From IMG/VR virus record IMGVR_UViG_3300007616_000002, positions 12,682 through 76,681 of that record: 64,000 bases of DNA. The stretch is one strand, 5' to 3'. Under the pieces are notes generated by a model that saw only the letters and a list, made by a program, of their open reading frames with translations, was not told where the DNA came from and ran no database searches. This stretch comes from a virus. The translations under genes and the position numbers were made by a program. This document shows positions 8,732 through 18,614 of this stretch, one piece after another; positions within the stretch are counted from its first letter, which is position 1; each line of letters starts with the position of its first letter.

Positions 8732-9439
8732 ATGAGTTCAATCGAGAGCGTAGAAAACGTTGAAGAGCGAAAGGTAATTGCGGTTGATTTTGACAAAACC
8801 CTCACGACTGGAGAGGGTGCCGACTTTTGGGAAGACGACGAGAAAGAGTATCCCAACGAAGAAGTTATTGACTGGGTGAAAGAGATGTATCACAACGGAC
8901 ACGTCATCATTATCCATACCGCCCGACAGTGGGAACAGGCTTCTACTGTCGAATCGTACTTAGTCAAGTGGAACGTTGAGTACCATGGACTACGCTGTAA
9001 CAAGACCGGTGCTGACCTCTATGTTGACGATAAGGCTGAAAACGTCGAGAAGGTATCAAATTCGAATGAGGAAACTTCTGTAGTCGGAAAAGAGTCAGTC
9101 TCTGAGAAAAAGTGTGATATATGCTCAGAGAAGTTCTCGACGGACGATAATCGGACAGTGTGTAGTAAACACGGTGCTTTCTCAACTACCGAAAAGGAAG
9201 ATGAAGACGGAGAAGACAAATACATTGGAGAGGTGACATTCTTCAATGATACTGGTGGTTATGGGTTTGTCGAAGCAAAGGGTCTCGATAAAGAGGTGTT
9301 CTTCCATATGGAAGACCACGATTTTCCGGAACCGGAAGAAGGATACAAAGCCGTGTTCGAGGTCGAACAGCACGAAAAGGGTCCGCGGGTTGAGAAGTTC
9401 CACGAGTTAAACACCAACGTTTACTTCACGAAAGAGTAG
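8732..9439 (+). CDS. HAD-family (PNKP-like) phosphatase fused to a Cys/His knuckle and a cold-shock domain
   Basis: IAVDFDKTL, HTAR, YVDDK; CDIC..CSKH; FFNDTGGYGF..VFFHMED. Confidence 0.82.
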   Translation: MSSIESVENVEERKVIAVDFDKTLTTGEGADFWEDDEKEYPNEEVIDWVKEMYHNGHVIIIHTARQWEQASTVESYLVKWNVEYHGLRCNKTGADLYVDDKAENVEKVSNSNEETSVVGKESVSEKKCDICSEKFSTDDNRTVCSKHGAFSTTEKEDEDGEDKYIGEVTFFNDTGGYGFVEAKGLDKEVFFHMEDHDFPEPEEGYKAVFEVEQHEKGPRVEKFHELNTNVYFTKE

Positions 9440-9477
9440 TCGAAATACTTTTAACCCGCCCGGTCATCTTATCGGGT

Positions 9478-10413
9478 ATGAGTGAACCCCACCATTGGCC
9501 GCTTCATGCTGTCAAAGAATTTGAAAACCAGCATGATATAGACGTTATCGAGATTCGAGACTTTGGCTCCCGTTCGAACAATATGGATGGTCCCGACTCC
9601 GACAGGGATGCAATGTTCATATTCGACCAGCCCGCACTGGCGCACAAAACACTCGGTAACGAGGTCGACACGATTCATACCGAAAAGTATGACGTTGACT
9701 TCCACGGATGGAATCTTCGGAAATTCGCCAGCCTGCTCTCCGATTCGAACCCGCAGGCGCTCGATTTCCTTAACTCAGAGATTCAGTACCATACCGCAGA
9801 GCCGAAACACGCCATCAGTGAGCAACTTGAAGACCTTCGACTGTACGCAAATCGGAACTTCAATCCGATTCGACTCTACATGCACAACCGGTCGAAGGCC
9901 AAATCGAACTACGAGAAGTACGTTCTCCGAAAACTCATCGGACAGAACGGAGAGAGTGGCCAGTATATCATCGAAGGAGAAACGGATGAAAAATACGAGG
10001 TCACACCCAAAGGGGAAGACGCAAACCCGTACAACAGCATAGGAAAGAATAACGTCGGTGACGGAGAGAAGTTCCGACTAGCAACCACTGACCGGACAAT
10101 TCGGCGTAACCTGAAGGTCATTCAAGTGGTTCTCTATGCCCGTCACATCCGCAGAAGTAAGTCGCTTCCGCAGATGGACTTTGAGGAGTTCCTTGAGCAC
10201 AGTGTCGATTCTACCATTCAAGAGCGCGTCATGGACCTGCTGGAGATGAAACGAAAGGGTGAGGGAGATATGGAAGCAGGAAACCCCTTCGAAGACCTCA
10301 TTGAGAGTGAAATCAACTACGACGTTGACCATCAGAACCTCAACCAAGCAGGTATAGACCGTGAGATAGTCAATCAGTTCATCCTCGACATAGACGGTCT
10401 GCTCTACCGGTAA
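9478..10413 (+). CDS. RlaP / Nuc-transf-like Pol-beta nucleotidyltransferase
   Basis: FGSR..MDGPDSDRD..FIF, DFHGWNLRKF..LL..SNP..L.FL.S. Confidence 0.82.
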   Translation: MSEPHHWPLHAVKEFENQHDIDVIEIRDFGSRSNNMDGPDSDRDAMFIFDQPALAHKTLGNEVDTIHTEKYDVDFHGWNLRKFASLLSDSNPQALDFLNSEIQYHTAEPKHAISEQLEDLRLYANRNFNPIRLYMHNRSKAKSNYEKYVLRKLIGQNGESGQYIIEGETDEKYEVTPKGEDANPYNSIGKNNVGDGEKFRLATTDRTIRRNLKVIQVVLYARHIRRSKSLPQMDFEEFLEHSVDSTIQERVMDLLEMKRKGEGDMEAGNPFEDLIESEINYDVDHQNLNQAGIDREIVNQFILDIDGLLYR

Positions 10414-10441
10414 GAGAAGTAAACACACTGATTCATTACCC

Positions 10442-10627
10442 GTGATTGAACCCACAAACGTAGACATTGGCGATTGGCTTACAGTATCTGACAAAGACTC
10501 CCGGTACAACGGTGAGCAAGGGCGAGTGCTTGCAATCTACGAAGACCACCTGATACTGGAGATTCCCGAGGAGAACGGGTGGTCGATTACCCTTGACTTC
10601 GACCTCGGCCAGCTTTCACGAGCGTAG
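10442..10627 (+). CDS. Small SH3/KOW-like protein
   Basis: IGDWLTV..SRYNGEQGRVLAI. Confidence 0.55.
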   Translation: MIEPTNVDIGDWLTVSDKDSRYNGEQGRVLAIYEDHLILEIPEENGWSITLDFDLGQLSRA

Positions 10628-10712
10628 CACACGGCGTGTGTTTGTCTTCTTTTGGTAGTCAAAGGGGTCACCCGGAAAGTTTATAATCCCCCCGAACCAA
10701 AAGTCTAACAGA

Positions 10713-12647
10713 ATGAGCACAGGAGAGTTTAGCTTTGGCGACAAAGCAACCGAAACTGCCACAGAATCTTCTAACCCTAACTCTGAGGCAGAGACGGAGC
10801 TTGGTGATTTTGAGGACGCTGAGACCACCTCTGATGAGGTCGAAGAAAACGTAGGTTCTGAGGAGCCCGACGAAGCGGCCAGTTCTGAGCCTGAGTACAA
10901 CTATACCCTCCATAGTAACGTTATAGAGGACCTTGTAATGTACTCTCGGTCCGCGCAGGCAAAGAACGAGCCGCAGTTTGTTTTGACGACGCTGGGTTAT
11001 CTTACCGGTCTGATGGAAAACCCGCACCATTACGTTTCTGGTGTCATTATTGGAACATCTTCTTCAGGGAAAACGCATATGCAGGACAAAGTGGAGAAGT
11101 TGTTCCCCGAAGATTGGATGTATAACTTTACCACGGGGTCGGACCAGACACTCGCCTACGACAGTGAGTGGGATGAGAGTCGTATCGCATCACTGGACGA
11201 GCTTAATAAGGTCTCTGAGGAACTGACGGAGATTCTGAAGTCCGTTCACGGCGGTGACGAGAAGTTCAAGCGGAAGGTCGTTCAGGACTGGCGAAATGAG
11301 GAGATGAAGACACTCGAACGTGAGGCTCTCCCGTACTGGTTCCTGTTCGCACAATTCGACAGTGACTTCGAACTCTGGAATCGACTTTTGAAAGTGCCTG
11401 TTCACGAGGGTCAGGCAAAGAATGAGGCCGTGCTGAAGCTCCAGTTCGACCACCACAATATCGAGTTCTCAGACTCACCGTACACGTATGACTTCGAGTT
11501 CACCGACGGGAAGATGGCGCTTCAGGACCACATCGCCAGCCTGCCCAATAACTCGTGGGTCAAACTCCCGGCGGGTGAGGAGAAATTCAACGGGTTTGAC
11601 GTGGCGTCAACTGTCCAGTCTATCTTCGACACTCAGCGAAGTGAGACTAACCGTGTTGCGGGTATGGTTGCAAATCTCGTCCGAGCGTCGGCCCTACTAA
11701 ACCACAAAAACCGAGAGAAGACGACGATTCACATCCCTAACGAAGGGGAAAAAGACGTTATCGTCGCAGAACCCGAAGACGTTGCGAACATCCTCGCGTG
11801 TCGTGACGTTCTTTTGGCAAGCACACACGAACTCGACCGCAAGAAACAGGCTATCTGTTCTGCTATCGATTCGAAGGGTGGGACCCAGAACATGGCAACC
11901 ATCCCTGATATTGTAGAGTACCTTCGACAGGGTAATGCTCCCATCGTCAGCCGAACGCAGGTCGAGAAAAACCTCAACCAGATGATAGACCACTATCTAA
12001 TCGAGAGGTATGAGGGGGCGAGCGAAGACGGTCTCAACATGTACAAGTTCATGGGGTGGCACAACATCGGTGCTATCCGAACTGACGAACAGTTCCAAGA
12101 GCGTTTCGAGGGGATTCAGAACCCGATTACGGGAGAAAACTTCCTCGAAGCCGTCGAGCGCCTCAACGATGACATTCTCCCGGGTGCAAGTGATTTCACA
12201 CAGGAGGCGACAGTGCAGTCGGATACGGGAAGTTCTGGTGGACAGGCAACGCTTGGTACATCGGACAGTTCAATCGACCTCGAAGCGCATGAGGAGGCTG
12301 TCAGAGCCGCTATGAAGTCCGCCATCGACGGGGTGAAGTTGGAGAACCTAGACGAGTTCGAGCCGTCCCTGTACGCTATGACTGGCGTTGCCGACCTCGA
12401 ACACGAGCCGTCTGACCCCGACCCCGACGTTGAGGATACCATCTTCGACCCGGAAAAGGGTATCTGGAACCGTCCTGACGTGAACGACAACTGGGTCACC
12501 TCGGAGAAGGAAGCCTACGACGCCGTGAACGAGACCATCACCGACCTCCAGAAGAAGGGTGTCTTCAAGATGGACATTCACGAGACGAACGAGGCAACTG
12601 AAGCTGTCGAAGCGACTGTCTCTGTGATGAGCAAGGACCAGCTATGA
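10713..12647 (+). CDS. AAA+ ATPase with wHTH, putative replicative helicase
   Basis: Walker A GTSSSGKT, Walker B IASLDE, ELWNR arginine finger; helicase role inferred. Confidence 0.7.
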   Translation: MSTGEFSFGDKATETATESSNPNSEAETELGDFEDAETTSDEVEENVGSEEPDEAASSEPEYNYTLHSNVIEDLVMYSRSAQAKNEPQFVLTTLGYLTGLMENPHHYVSGVIIGTSSSGKTHMQDKVEKLFPEDWMYNFTTGSDQTLAYDSEWDESRIASLDELNKVSEELTEILKSVHGGDEKFKRKVVQDWRNEEMKTLEREALPYWFLFAQFDSDFELWNRLLKVPVHEGQAKNEAVLKLQFDHHNIEFSDSPYTYDFEFTDGKMALQDHIASLPNNSWVKLPAGEEKFNGFDVASTVQSIFDTQRSETNRVAGMVANLVRASALLNHKNREKTTIHIPNEGEKDVIVAEPEDVANILACRDVLLASTHELDRKKQAICSAIDSKGGTQNMATIPDIVEYLRQGNAPIVSRTQVEKNLNQMIDHYLIERYEGASEDGLNMYKFMGWHNIGAIRTDEQFQERFEGIQNPITGENFLEAVERLNDDILPGASDFTQEATVQSDTGSSGGQATLGTSDSSIDLEAHEEAVRAAMKSAIDGVKLENLDEFEPSLYAMTGVADLEHEPSDPDPDVEDTIFDPEKGIWNRPDVNDNWVTSEKEAYDAVNETITDLQKKGVFKMDIHETNEATEAVEATVSVMSKDQL

Positions 12648-12853
12648 AGGAAGAAAAAGTTAACGTTAATATTAACGTGACTGATACAGACGAAAATGGA
12701 AATCAACTCGTGGTTATAAGTGTCAACGGTGACGTTACAAAGAGCGAGGTAGAGGAAGGTAAGAGCTATGCAATTTCTATCAAAAAGACTGTTGAAGTAG
12801 AACAAACAGATGGAGTGATTGCGGCCGTCAAAGAACTGCTGGGTTTGTACTAG
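12644..12853 (+). CDS. Hypothetical protein
   Basis: ATGA overlap. Confidence 0.55.
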   Translation: MKEEKVNVNINVTDTDENGNQLVVISVNGDVTKSEVEEGKSYAISIKKTVEVEQTDGVIAAVKELLGLY

Positions 12854-12895
12854 AGCCCACAACATTTATAACCCACCCGTCCCAAATACGGGTGA

Positions 12896-13075
12896 ATGAA
12901 TACTAACGAAGGTTCTGGTCTACGTGGTGCTCTCTCGGAAGCCGAACGAGAGCGTGAGGCAGTAAAACAAATGTTTCGAGAGGATACCGGTGCTGATTCT
13001 GTTCGATTAGAACACAGTAACATGGGTACTACTGTCCATCTCGTCTTCCGGAAGGATGGTGATGGTGAACTATGA
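12896..13075 (+). CDS. Hypothetical protein (59 aa)
   Basis: Follows promoter motif near 12864; ATGA overlap with the next gene. Confidence 0.55.
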   Translation: MNTNEGSGLRGALSEAEREREAVKQMFREDTGADSVRLEHSNMGTTVHLVFRKDGDGEL

Positions 13076-13689
13076 GTGATAAGATTATCTATGCACTGAC
13101 AGGTCTTCCCGGAGTTGGGAAATCGTCCGTGGCCGAGCGGCTCGCAAACTCCGGAAAGCTCCCCATTGTGAATATGGGTGAGGAGATGAAAAAGCAGTAT
13201 CAGTCTATGCCCATCTCAGGCCATCATGATGATGTTCCGCAAGGAACGTGGGAGATGGCCCAAGCACTTCGTGACAAGTTCGGTCCTGAGGGCCCGGCAG
13301 TAGCGTCTGTATCTCGTGTTGGTGCCGCTCTTGTTGAGCATGACCGTGTTGTCGTTGACGGTATCCGAAGCATCGATGAAGTGTGGCTATTCTCTGACAT
13401 GTTTATCGATGCAGACGTACATCTCATCAAAGTCACAGCCGACTATGACACCCGTCTCGACCGGTTCTATGACCGAGGAGACTACGCTCGGTATGATGTG
13501 ATGAGTGGCTCCACACAGCGTGTGTTGGCTGAAAAAGACATGAACGACCGGACGGAAAGAGAAGCCGAAGAGGGACTCCGTAACGCAATTGAGGAAGCTG
13601 AGTATGAAATAGATAACAGCGGGTCTCTGAAAGACGCAGAAGAACAGTGTCTTGACCTTCTGGATGAGCTAGACCCTATTCACGGGTGA
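13072..13689 (+). CDS. P-loop nucleotide kinase (dephospho-CoA/NMP kinase-like)
   Basis: LTGLPGVGKS, VVVDGIRS..E, R..R, IDNSGSL. Confidence 0.8.
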   Translation: MSDKIIYALTGLPGVGKSSVAERLANSGKLPIVNMGEEMKKQYQSMPISGHHDDVPQGTWEMAQALRDKFGPEGPAVASVSRVGAALVEHDRVVVDGIRSIDEVWLFSDMFIDADVHLIKVTADYDTRLDRFYDRGDYARYDVMSGSTQRVLAEKDMNDRTEREAEEGLRNAIEEAEYEIDNSGSLKDAEEQCLDLLDELDPIHG

Positions 13690-13693
13690 TACA

Positions 13694-14137
13694 ATGAATA
13701 CGATGAAAGACCTCAAGCAAGAGGTTCTCAGCCGTCTTCAGCATCTTGACGGGCGGTACTTCGAATCCATCAGTACCATCTCAATCGAAGAAATGCTGGG
13801 AATTGTGGAGATAGAGGAGAAATATCATCCAGATATTATCAACGGCTCGTTACTCGATTTGGAGCACGAGTTCTGGGACGACTACATCCGAGAAATGCAC
13901 TCAGAGAGAGCAATTATTGAAGAGTGTGACGTAGCAATCCGTCTCCTGAAAGACGAGGGGAAATTCAGAATGGTCGAGCCTGTTGACGAAGAATTGACAG
14001 GAACAACTGTCTACGTAGAGCAGTCTCACAAGAGTACTCAGGATTTTGACATTGAGGTTGAGGAAGAAGCAAACAGCGCCGTTCTCCGTATCACCACCGA
14101 AAAAGGAGTATACGGCGTTGTCATGAAACCGTTGTAG
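13694..14137 (+). CDS. Hypothetical protein
   Basis: 147-aa acidic ORF. Confidence 0.6.
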   Translation: MNTMKDLKQEVLSRLQHLDGRYFESISTISIEEMLGIVEIEEKYHPDIINGSLLDLEHEFWDDYIREMHSERAIIEECDVAIRLLKDEGKFRMVEPVDEELTGTTVYVEQSHKSTQDFDIEVEEEANSAVLRITTEKGVYGVVMKPL

Positions 14138-14181
14138 CTATCACAACCCTTAATACGTACCCGACTAAAGAAGAAGGTACG

Positions 14182-14805
14182 ATGAGCAAAACACACGACC
14201 CGCGAGAAGGATTGACTCATGATATAGTTGAAGGTCAAGTGTACGGTGACAAGCGTCAAGCGAACTATGACGGTGACGTAATCGAAGGATATGACGAGCG
14301 CCTTCGACTCGTTTACGTGGACGATGAACGAGTTCTGCTCCGGTCTAACGATACCATTGACCGAGGGAATCACATTGGACGCCATCACTACCGCTGTGAG
14401 CACCGTGAGACGTTCGAGAAGAACGCAGGCGCTGGACGATACCAACTGCTTGAAGAGCCCACAGACCCGCCGAGAATGCCGACTGACGGTGTATCATCGA
14501 CTCTCACTGTGTTGAAGCGTCTCCAAAGCATGGAGCAAAACGAAGCACAGTCTGGCGGTGGTCGGAAATCGAAACATCGACTTGAGGCGTTTACAGATGC
14601 AATCGAAGCCATCTCCGAGATGGACCCCACCTCAATCGACTGGTCATCAATCAATGGTGTCGGTAACAAGACAGCCGAGAACCTCAATGAAGCGGGGTTC
14701 GAGACCGACGTTGATGTACAATCTGCCTCGGATGAGCAGTTGCTTGATGTGGGTGGTGTTGGGTCAAAGAATCTGAAGAACATCAAGGAGGTTGCAGGAC
14801 TCTAA
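14182..14805 (+). CDS. Protein with C-terminal tandem helix-hairpin-helix motifs
   Basis: INGVGNKTA...LLDVGGVGSK. Confidence 0.75.
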   Translation: MSKTHDPREGLTHDIVEGQVYGDKRQANYDGDVIEGYDERLRLVYVDDERVLLRSNDTIDRGNHIGRHHYRCEHRETFEKNAGAGRYQLLEEPTDPPRMPTDGVSSTLTVLKRLQSMEQNEAQSGGGRKSKHRLEAFTDAIEAISEMDPTSIDWSSINGVGNKTAENLNEAGFETDVDVQSASDEQLLDVGGVGSKNLKNIKEVAGL

Positions 14806-15077
14806 TGGACAAAACTGAACGACTTCGCAACGCAGACTTCCTCCAAATTGCTGTTCACTTGCTTGAGAGCGGCGAGCTTCAGAGTGCAGAGGAAGCAATC
14901 TTCGATGTTGCGATGGAACTCCACTATACGGAGTATGACCGCCAAGCAAACACACTGCTCGGTGCGGCTTATCATGTTCACTTCGGCCGGGTCGAACGAG
15001 CACAGCGTTTCGTGGGTGAGGTCTTTGAGTGTCTGACTCAAGGACTTCTGACTTCGGTTGAGCGACCTGCGCTTTAG
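14805..15077 (+). CDS. Hypothetical protein
   Basis: TAATG coupling. Confidence 0.55.
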   Translation: MDKTERLRNADFLQIAVHLLESGELQSAEEAIFDVAMELHYTEYDRQANTLLGAAYHVHFGRVERAQRFVGEVFECLTQGLLTSVERPAL

Positions 15078-15120
15078 CCGTAAGGTTTAAGACCCACCCG
15101 ACTCTATTTTGTGGTAAGTA

Positions 15121-15330
15121 ATGAGCGAAGAAACTTGTCTTGACTGCGGTAAGCCTCTAGGTAGTACGATTGTGAAGTGCCACGACTGCGGTGGGAAGAG
15201 TCGTCGCGGTGGGAAGGCTATTGCTCCCCATCAATGGCAAATGCTTCTGGGCGTCGAGCCTCAGAATCTCAAGAATCTTGACTACGACTCTCGGAAGTAC
15301 GGAACCGACGCGTGGGAGGAGTCTCATTAA
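15121..15330 (+). CDS. Zn-finger microprotein
   Basis: CLDCG...CHDCG; promoter at 15086-15100. Confidence 0.65.
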   Translation: MSEETCLDCGKPLGSTIVKCHDCGGKSRRGGKAIAPHQWQMLLGVEPQNLKNLDYDSRKYGTDAWEESH

Positions 15331-16049
15331 TGGAGGTGGAAGTAATCGAAGAGGCCACTTCACCTGAGCCTGAGAAGGCTGTTGCACTCGGAGCACGAAA
15401 CGACTACTACTCGGGTAACATTACGGACGACGACTTTGAGGAGGTTATGAGCGCCATTGAAGGCGACGAAATCGATGAGAAGCTGTACAACCTCCTCGTA
15501 GAAGAACTACTTCAGAAAGAGCACTACGGTCCGTTCGAGCACCCGCAAATCATGTTTCACGTCGAGGGCATGAGCCGTGTCACGATGGCTCAGATTACCC
15601 GCCATCGACACATGTCTTTCGACATTCAGTCGATGCGATACGTTGACTTCGAGGACGCGGATATTGCGGTTCCGAAGTCGTTGACTGACGAAGACCACTT
15701 CTCTCGGGAGACTGGACTGGTGTGGGAAGACAACGAGTACGACCCGAGCGATGCCCTTCAAATATTCGAGCGAGCCGTCGACAACTCTGTGACGGCCTAT
15801 AACGAGATGGTGAAGATGGGGGTCCCTCGTGAGGATGCTCGATACGTTCTTCCACTTGGTGCGAAGGTCAACGTCACGTTCAGTGGTAACCTCCGGACGA
15901 TGCTCCACGTTGCGAACATGAGAGGGAAGGCAGATGCTCAATGGGAGGTTCGAGAACTGACTGACTGCGTGTGTGAGCACCTCGATGACTGGGCCCCGAG
16001 AACGATGAACTACTTCGATGAGAAGGGACCGTTTAAGCTGGGGATGTGA
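15330..16049 (+). CDS. thyX: Flavin-dependent thymidylate synthase
   Basis: HYGPFEH, SR..AQITRHRHMSFDIQSMRY, EDARYVLP, AQWEVR. Confidence 0.95.
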   Translation: MEVEVIEEATSPEPEKAVALGARNDYYSGNITDDDFEEVMSAIEGDEIDEKLYNLLVEELLQKEHYGPFEHPQIMFHVEGMSRVTMAQITRHRHMSFDIQSMRYVDFEDADIAVPKSLTDEDHFSRETGLVWEDNEYDPSDALQIFERAVDNSVTAYNEMVKMGVPREDARYVLPLGAKVNVTFSGNLRTMLHVANMRGKADAQWEVRELTDCVCEHLDDWAPRTMNYFDEKGPFKLGM

Positions 16050-16108
16050 TAGGTTTAAAGCTGTTCGAAAAGTTTAAGTCCCTCCCGAGCATTTTCTCTG
16101 ATAAGAGA

Positions 16109-16339
16109 ATGCTACTGGAAATAAAGTACACTGACGGAACGATAAAGCGATTCGGACCGAAAGAAGACGCTGACAACGAACTTTCTTACAAAGTCTTCAC
16201 GGAGAGTCGATTCTTGGCTATCCGAGAGATTACCGACGACGACCCGGATGAAATCGGAGTGGTGGAACGGTACGACACCATTCGGAAAGTCAACCTCGAC
16301 CTCGTTCGAGAGTACGGCTTCGTTGATGAGGATAAGTGA
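16109..16339 (+). CDS. Hypothetical protein
   Basis: Follows promoter motif near 16073. Confidence 0.55.
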   Translation: MLLEIKYTDGTIKRFGPKEDADNELSYKVFTESRFLAIREITDDDPDEIGVVERYDTIRKVNLDLVREYGFVDEDK

Positions 16340-16944
16340 TGATTGGTTGGGCTCTCTTTCTCCTCGATAAGATAACTCGTGGGCCGTCGAGTGGTGTACT
16401 TTCGGACAGTGAAATCTGGGACGAATTTGCTTACTCCGACTTTGATATTCACCCGCTCACCACGGAGCAGGTTCAGCCTGCATCAATCGACCTTCGTCTC
16501 GGAAACGACTTCAAGCGTCTGAAAGCCAATCCGGGGATGGAGACCATTGATACGAGTGAAGATTCAGAACAGAGTTTTGAATCATTTACAGACGACTCCG
16601 TGGTCCTCCAGCCCGGGGATTGTATCCTCGGGACTACCAAAGAAGTGGTGAACATGCCTGCTCACCTACTGGGTGAGATTGAAGGTCGGTCAAGTCTCGG
16701 TCGACTCTTTGTCGAGGTTCACAAGACCGCAGGAATAATCGACCCCGGATTCAAAGGAGAGATAACCCTTGAGTTAGAAAATTGTGGCCCGAATCCTATT
16801 AAACTTCATGAAGGTCAACGAGTTTGCCAAATGATTATAACTCGTCTGAATAAACCTTGCGAAGAACCTTACGGTCAAAAGAAAGATACTAAGTACCAAG
16901 GACAGACCGGAGCAACTGGAAGTAGACTCCATCAGGACGCATAA
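16336..16944 (+). CDS. dcd: dCTP deaminase
   Basis: QPASIDLRLG, EGRSSLGR, AGIIDPGFKGEITLEL, KYQGQ. Confidence 0.93.
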   Translation: MMIGWALFLLDKITRGPSSGVLSDSEIWDEFAYSDFDIHPLTTEQVQPASIDLRLGNDFKRLKANPGMETIDTSEDSEQSFESFTDDSVVLQPGDCILGTTKEVVNMPAHLLGEIEGRSSLGRLFVEVHKTAGIIDPGFKGEITLELENCGPNPIKLHEGQRVCQMIITRLNKPCEEPYGQKKDTKYQGQTGATGSRLHQDA

Positions 16945-16946
16945 CA

Positions 16947-17099
16947 ATGCTCAGATGTGCACGGTGTAGAGATATTATTCGAGGTACGAAATCTGATGGA
17001 GTAACGGGGTTTTCTATCTCATCTAGATTCGCCAGCCGCTCCGGAGACCTGTGTGGGAGTTGCACAGACGACTTCGTTGAGTTCATCGAAGACGACTGA
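16947..17099 (+). CDS. Zn-finger microprotein
   Basis: CARC...LCGSC. Confidence 0.5.
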   Translation: MLRCARCRDIIRGTKSDGVTGFSISSRFASRSGDLCGSCTDDFVEFIEDD

Positions 17100-17272
17100 T
17101 GTACGAGGGAAAAGAGTGCATCCGGTGTGGGTCTGAGGAGTTCGAAATAAACGTCATGGCGATGGGTGAGCTAACCCTCGGAGACGTGAACATGGAACGA
17201 ATAAACGCCGGACTCGACCCGCTCTGTTGTCTTGAGTGCGTCGAAAAGTGGCCGTCTCCACTCCCGAATTAG
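17099..17272 (+). CDS. Zn-finger microprotein
   Basis: CIRCG...CLEC. Confidence 0.5.
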   Translation: MYEGKECIRCGSEEFEINVMAMGELTLGDVNMERINAGLDPLCCLECVEKWPSPLPN

Positions 17273-17301
17273 CAGAGATTTTTGCTATAGCGTCATACGG
17301 T

Positions 17302-17703
17302 TTATTCACCGAGCCCGTATCCGAACTCTTCTAAAACATCTGACACCCCATCGGTGTCGAGGTCATCGTTCTGTCGCAAGCCGTTCATCACAACCGCCTC
17401 ATACACATCGAGTTTCTGCACCTCGTCTGAAGTAAAGTGGTCCTCCATCTCACGGACCATCGCCGTGAGGTCCTCGGCTGTCTGGTCGAGCATGTACATC
17501 GTCTTGGCAGTCTCTCTGAGATACTTCACACCATTGCCCTGTCTCCTGAAGATGAGCGGTATATCACCGCCGTCGAAGGGGGTTTGTCGGGCCTCGGGGG
17601 TGGGGGTAGCCACCTGTGTTTGTGTCTCCTCGGGCCCATCAGACGACTTCGCTGATGAGAGACCGTCGTCGCCGTCGAAACTGTAGTGGTCTTCTTTTGC
17701 CAT
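17302..17703 (-). CDS. Small ParA partner (candidate centromere-binding protein)
   Basis: Translationally coupled to parA; disordered acidic N-terminus plus compact C-terminal domain, the usual adaptor layout. Confidence 0.6.
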   Translation of the reverse strand: MAKEDHYSFDGDDGLSSAKSSDGPEETQTQVATPTPEARQTPFDGGDIPLIFRRQGNGVKYLRETAKTMYMLDQTAEDLTAMVREMEDHFTSDEVQKLDVYEAVVMNGLRQNDDLDTDGVSDVLEEFGYGLGE

Positions 17704-18581
17704 CAGGCCACCTCGGTTTTCTCAACGATACTCCCGTCATCCAGAGAGAACTCACCGTCGATGAGACCAGCTAGCTTGTCGAACTGGTCGAGCACGTCCG
17801 ACTCGTAGTCACGAAGGTCGTGACCGTCGGAGTACTCGTAGATGGACTGGTTCTCACGCCATGCACTCTTCAGTACGTCACGCTGTCGAACGTCTATCGG
17901 AAGCACGAGCCTGCCACTGTCGTGCAGGTCAGAGCGAACGTTCTCGTAGATGTTACTGTCACGCACTCGATTGGGGACGAGACCTAGGATTGACAACGAG
18001 ATAGAGTCATCAATTCGTTGCAGACCCTTCTCCATCGCGCTGATGGTATCCTCCAGCCCGCCGACCGAGACACGCCCTTTCTCTGTCAATTCAACGGGCA
18101 TCAGCACGTTTCTCGTAGCGATGAGCGCATTGTTCACCACAGTCCCCAGACTCGCCGGACAGTCGATGAGGAAGTAATCGTAGTCCTCTGACAGTCTCTC
18201 TATCTCCGGTCGCAGTAAGAACTCTGCGCCACTGATATTCTCCAGAGCGATTTGCTTGTCGATGAACGCGAGGTCTTCGTGTGCGGGAACCACATCGAAG
18301 TCCTTCTGTTCGACAATCACCTCGTCCAAGTGTACATCCTCGTTCATGAGCACATCGACAATCGTAGTGCCCTCTGACTGCTTGTACTCCGCGAGGCCCA
18401 CATGGTTGGTCAGCGAGGCTGGCTGGGCATCTACGTCAACCAGCAGTACATCATGGCCTCTCCGACCGAGGGCCGCTCCGACGTTCAGCGTCATGGTCGT
18501 CTTGCCGTCTCCACCACTCTCGGACCACACCGATATAGCTCGTGGCATACCAGTGACCACCATTCCATCTGTATTAAACAC
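17703..18581 (-). CDS. parA: ParA/Soj-family ATPase
   Basis: SGGDGKTT, LLVDVDAQ..LT, YDYFLIDCP, NALIA, VPN. Confidence 0.92.
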   Translation of the reverse strand: MFNTDGMVVTGMPRAISVWSESGGDGKTTMTLNVGAALGRRGHDVLLVDVDAQPASLTNHVGLAEYKQSEGTTIVDVLMNEDVHLDEVIVEQKDFDVVPAHEDLAFIDKQIALENISGAEFLLRPEIERLSEDYDYFLIDCPASLGTVVNNALIATRNVLMPVELTEKGRVSVGGLEDTISAMEKGLQRIDDSISLSILGLVPNRVRDSNIYENVRSDLHDSGRLVLPIDVRQRDVLKSAWRENQSIYEYSDGHDLRDYESDVLDQFDKLAGLIDGEFSLDDGSIVEKTEVA

Positions 18582-18614
18582 CCGTCAGACACGCGGCATA
18601 CAGCGCCACCTGAA

